From a virus, in UHGV virus genome UHGV-0161508: 27,866 nt of DNA; one strand, written 5' to 3'. The notes beneath the pieces are model-generated. The model was not told where the DNA came from and ran no database searches. It worked only from the letters and a program-made list of their open reading frames with translations. Positions 25,699 to 27,866 of the stretch are shown one piece after another. The number at the start of each line of letters is the position of its first letter. Within the stretch, counting starts at the first letter, position 1. The position numbers were made by a program, and so were the translations under genes.

Positions 25699-26720
25699 AA
25701 ACTTTCACTATTGACTGGCTCAACAAATGCCGCTGCGGGAATAAATCACACACGGTCAAAACAGCTCGCGGAAATGAAACCGCCTTGTGGGATGACGATG
25801 CCGTTAAGTGCAACTCCTGCGGTCGTGGCGGAGTCATTCAAGTCTGTGAGGGGCAGGCGCGAGTTTTATGGGAAACCGATGAAGAGATGGCGGATGGAAA
25901 ACCCATGACCACTATAACCAAAGAGCGACTACTGACAATCAAGCAGTGGCGCGAAACATACGGACCTGATAGCAACGTTGTACTGCCAGCAGAAGAAGCG
26001 GAAGAACTGGCACGAATTGCTCTGGCATCACTGGAAGCAGAACCAGTTGCTTATATTTTCAAACATCCGGCCGGGAAATTATTCTGGGCTTTAACGGATG
26101 AAAGCAATAAAGAGCAAGCGGACGTTATTCCTGTTTATGCTGCCGCGCCTGCGTCGGTTGTGCCGGATGATGCATCAGGGGCGCTTGCTTATGCTTACAA
26201 AGAGCTTACGCCTGAGATTATGCGCGGTCATATCGCTGTATTCGAGCGATATGGAATAGCCCCAAACGATAGCATTACCACAATTCAGGCACTGCGAATC
26301 GCGCTGGATGGCATAGAGCGGAGCGACGCCATGCTTCATGGTGCCGAAACTGTAAGCCAAACTTACAAGTTGCCTCCCCTGTCATCCAGCGAAGTAAACG
26401 ACGCGGCATGGAAATTACACAACATGCTGACTGAACACGGCCTGCTAAATGGGCGTCAGTTCAACAATCTGAAAGGTTGCTTCTATGAGGCATTAAAGGT
26501 CGCAATGCGCAACTATCCGGCAACTCCGGATAGTTGGATAAGCTGTAGTGAGCGAATGCCGGATAAGTTAATTCCGGTAATGGTCATGTATGAAGACGGT
26601 GAGATGTGGTCTGCAATGTGGAATGGCAATCGCTGGGATGATGGCACCGAATACCCGGATCCGCACTCAGTTACGCACTGGCGTGAAATGCCAGCAGCAC
26701 CGCAGCAGGAGGTGAAGTGA
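25695..26720 (+). CDS. DUF551-domain protein with N-terminal Cys-rich (zinc-ribbon-like) region
   Basis: 341 aa; N-terminus CRCGNKSH...CNSCGRGG; C-terminus WISCSERMPDKLIPVMVMYEDGEMWSAMWNGNRWDDG...VTHWREMP fits the DUF551 pattern common in lambdoid ea regions. Confidence 0.6.
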   Translation: MKTFTIDWLNKCRCGNKSHTVKTARGNETALWDDDAVKCNSCGRGGVIQVCEGQARVLWETDEEMADGKPMTTITKERLLTIKQWRETYGPDSNVVLPAEEAEELARIALASLEAEPVAYIFKHPAGKLFWALTDESNKEQADVIPVYAAAPASVVPDDASGALAYAYKELTPEIMRGHIAVFERYGIAPNDSITTIQALRIALDGIERSDAMLHGAETVSQTYKLPPLSSSEVNDAAWKLHNMLTEHGLLNGRQFNNLKGCFYEALKVAMRNYPATPDSWISCSERMPDKLIPVMVMYEDGEMWSAMWNGNRWDDGTEYPDPHSVTHWREMPAAPQQEVK

Positions 26721-27004
26721 TGGACTCCTTCGCGAAATATACGATTATTGACTGGATAGCATTCCTTCAGGTTTTGCTCATCTGGTTTTATATGGCTTAC
26801 AGGAGTGGGCAGTGGATTGTCAGTGTAGCCTGTAGCAAGGGATGGCGTTGGTGGAACAGAAAGAATAAAAAAGCACTGGCATTGGATTCGTTTTACGAAG
26901 CATTCAATCTTAACAGCCTTCAGCCTGGTTCTGTCATTGTAGTCACCACTCAAAGCGGCATGACGATACAAATTCACAAGCCAAAGGAGGAAGGTCGTGG
27001 CTAA
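26717..27004 (+). CDS. Hypothetical protein with N-terminal hydrophobic segment (95 aa)
   Basis: ORF with hydrophobic stretch IIDWIAFLQVLLIWFYMAY; translationally coupled to both flanking genes. Confidence 0.45.
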   Translation: MMDSFAKYTIIDWIAFLQVLLIWFYMAYRSGQWIVSVACSKGWRWWNRKNKKALALDSFYEAFNLNSLQPGSVIVVTTQSGMTIQIHKPKEEGRG

Positions 27005-27281
27005 CCTGCAACTTGCCGTCAAAGGTGAATACTTCGATGCCATGATTCGCGGGGAGAAAACGGAAGAGTATCGCCTGTGCAATGACTACTGGAATAAGCG
27101 AATTATGTTCCGGGAATATGACCGTCTGATTATCACAAAGGGATATCCGAAGCGCGACGATTCCAGCCGTAGAATTGACGTCCCGTATGACGGGTATGAA
27201 ATCAAGACAATCATACATCCACACTTCGGTGATAAACCGGTAAAGGTGTTCGCGATAAAGGTGAATATCGGCAATGAATAA
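26997..27281 (+). CDS. ASCH/PUA-like domain protein, tentative
   Basis: 94 aa; N-terminal LQLAVKGEYFDAMIRGEKTEEYR resembles the ASCH beta-strand motif (..F..I..G.K..E.R). Confidence 0.45.
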   Translation: MANLQLAVKGEYFDAMIRGEKTEEYRLCNDYWNKRIMFREYDRLIITKGYPKRDDSSRRIDVPYDGYEIKTIIHPHFGDKPVKVFAIKVNIGNE

Positions 27282-27284
27282 CAT

Positions 27285-27310
27285 CCTCGCACTCGCGGGG
27301 ATTTCTTTTA
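27285..27310 (+). terminator. Intrinsic terminator-like hairpin after the ASCH-like gene
   Basis: CCTCGC-ACTC-GCGGGG (one G.U) followed by ATTTCTTTTAT. Confidence 0.45.
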
Positions 27311-27352
27311 TCTGAACTCGCTACGGCGGGTTTTGTTTTATGGAGATGATAA

Positions 27353-27520
27353 ATGCACTTCCGAGTCACTGGTGAATGGAATGGAGAGCCATTCGACAGG
27401 GTTATCGAAGCAGAGGACATCAACGACTGCTATAACCACTGGATGATATGGGCGCAGATAGCGCATGCAGACGTAACCAATATTCGAATTGAAGAACTGA
27501 AAGAACACCAAGACGCCTGA
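27353..27520 (+). CDS. Hypothetical small protein (55 aa)
   Basis: Manual translation MHFRVTGEWNGEPFDRVIEAEDINDCYNHWMIWAQIAHADVTNIRIEELKEHQDA; GGAGA 7 nt upstream. Confidence 0.3.
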   Translation: MHFRVTGEWNGEPFDRVIEAEDINDCYNHWMIWAQIAHADVTNIRIEELKEHQDA

Positions 27521-27577
27521 TGGCGGTTTTTTATTGCCTGATTTGCAGGTTCGATTCCCTATTCGGAGATAGCACTC

Positions 27578-27778
27578 ATGCAACACGAACTACAGCCTGA
27601 TTCACTGGTTGATTTGAAATTCATCATGGCCGATACTGGCTTTGGTAAAACCTTCATCTATGACCGGATTAAGTCCGGCGACCTTCCTAAAGCCAAAGTT
27701 ATCCACGGACGAGCAAGATGGTTATATCGTGACCATTGTGAATTTAAAAATAAGCTCTTAAGCCGCGCCAATGGGTAA
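27578..27778 (+). CDS. xis: Excisionase / AlpA-family DNA-binding protein
   Basis: 66 aa; LVDLKFIMADTGFGKTFIYDRIKSGDLPKAKVIHGRARWLYRDHCEFKNKLL fits the AlpA/Xis winged-helix pattern; lies at the distal end of the pL operon where xis-int is expected. Confidence 0.7.
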   Translation: MQHELQPDSLVDLKFIMADTGFGKTFIYDRIKSGDLPKAKVIHGRARWLYRDHCEFKNKLLSRANG

Positions 27779-27866
27779 AATAGCGGGTAAAATATTTCTC
27801 ACATCTAAAAAACACCATTCCAATCAATCCCCTGCCGCTTCAAGTAGATGTCTGCAGGGGACACCA

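Noticed and set aside
27828-27866. tRNA-like 3' end (…GGGGACACCA) at the window edge, which could mark an integration site
   Set aside because: The preceding sequence cannot be folded into a T-arm and acceptor stem (no complementary T-stem around a TTCAAGT-type loop), so it is not a tRNA 3' end.
1-27866. CRISPR arrays, rRNA/tRNA genes, insertion sequences with terminal inverted repeats
   Set aside because: No spacer-repeat periodicity, no tRNA cloverleaf candidates and no transposase-like ORFs were seen on either strand.

Overview
This 27.9-kb window reads as one contiguous stretch of a mosaic lambdoid, P22-like temperate phage or prophage of an enterobacterium. All calls rest on reading the six-frame translations and the raw sequence against remembered phage protein families and motifs; no database search was possible. 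From 1 to 18979 nearly every gene is on the minus strand: P22-type ejection and head genes (gp20 partial, gp7, gp14, gp26, gp10, gp4, coat, scaffold, portal, large and small terminase with an internal pac site), orf80, rha, a lambda-type lysis cassette (S, R, Rz/Rz1), lambda-type Q with pR' and terminators, a collapsed nin region (ninH plus a 5'-truncated rusA), a DnaB-type helicase, an O-type initiator with ori iterons, oop antisense RNA, an HNH endonuclease at the cII/oop junction, cII and cro. The immunity region is P22 immC-like (cro, three 18-bp operators, c2 repressor). From 19060 genes are on the plus strand (pL operon): nutL, N, an AT-rich 156-aa moron, a terminator, cIII, kil-like, recT, a Gp157-like gene, several small unknown ORFs, an Ea22-like protein, a DUF551 protein, an ASCH-like protein and an AlpA-type excisionase. 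No rRNA, tRNA or CRISPR array was seen. The observations I rate highest are the HNH gene that splits the lambda-type oop terminator, the AT-rich gene wedged between N and cIII, the collapsed nin region, and a tandem pair of small basic paralogues; I could not assign a function to any candidate novel system from sequence alone.
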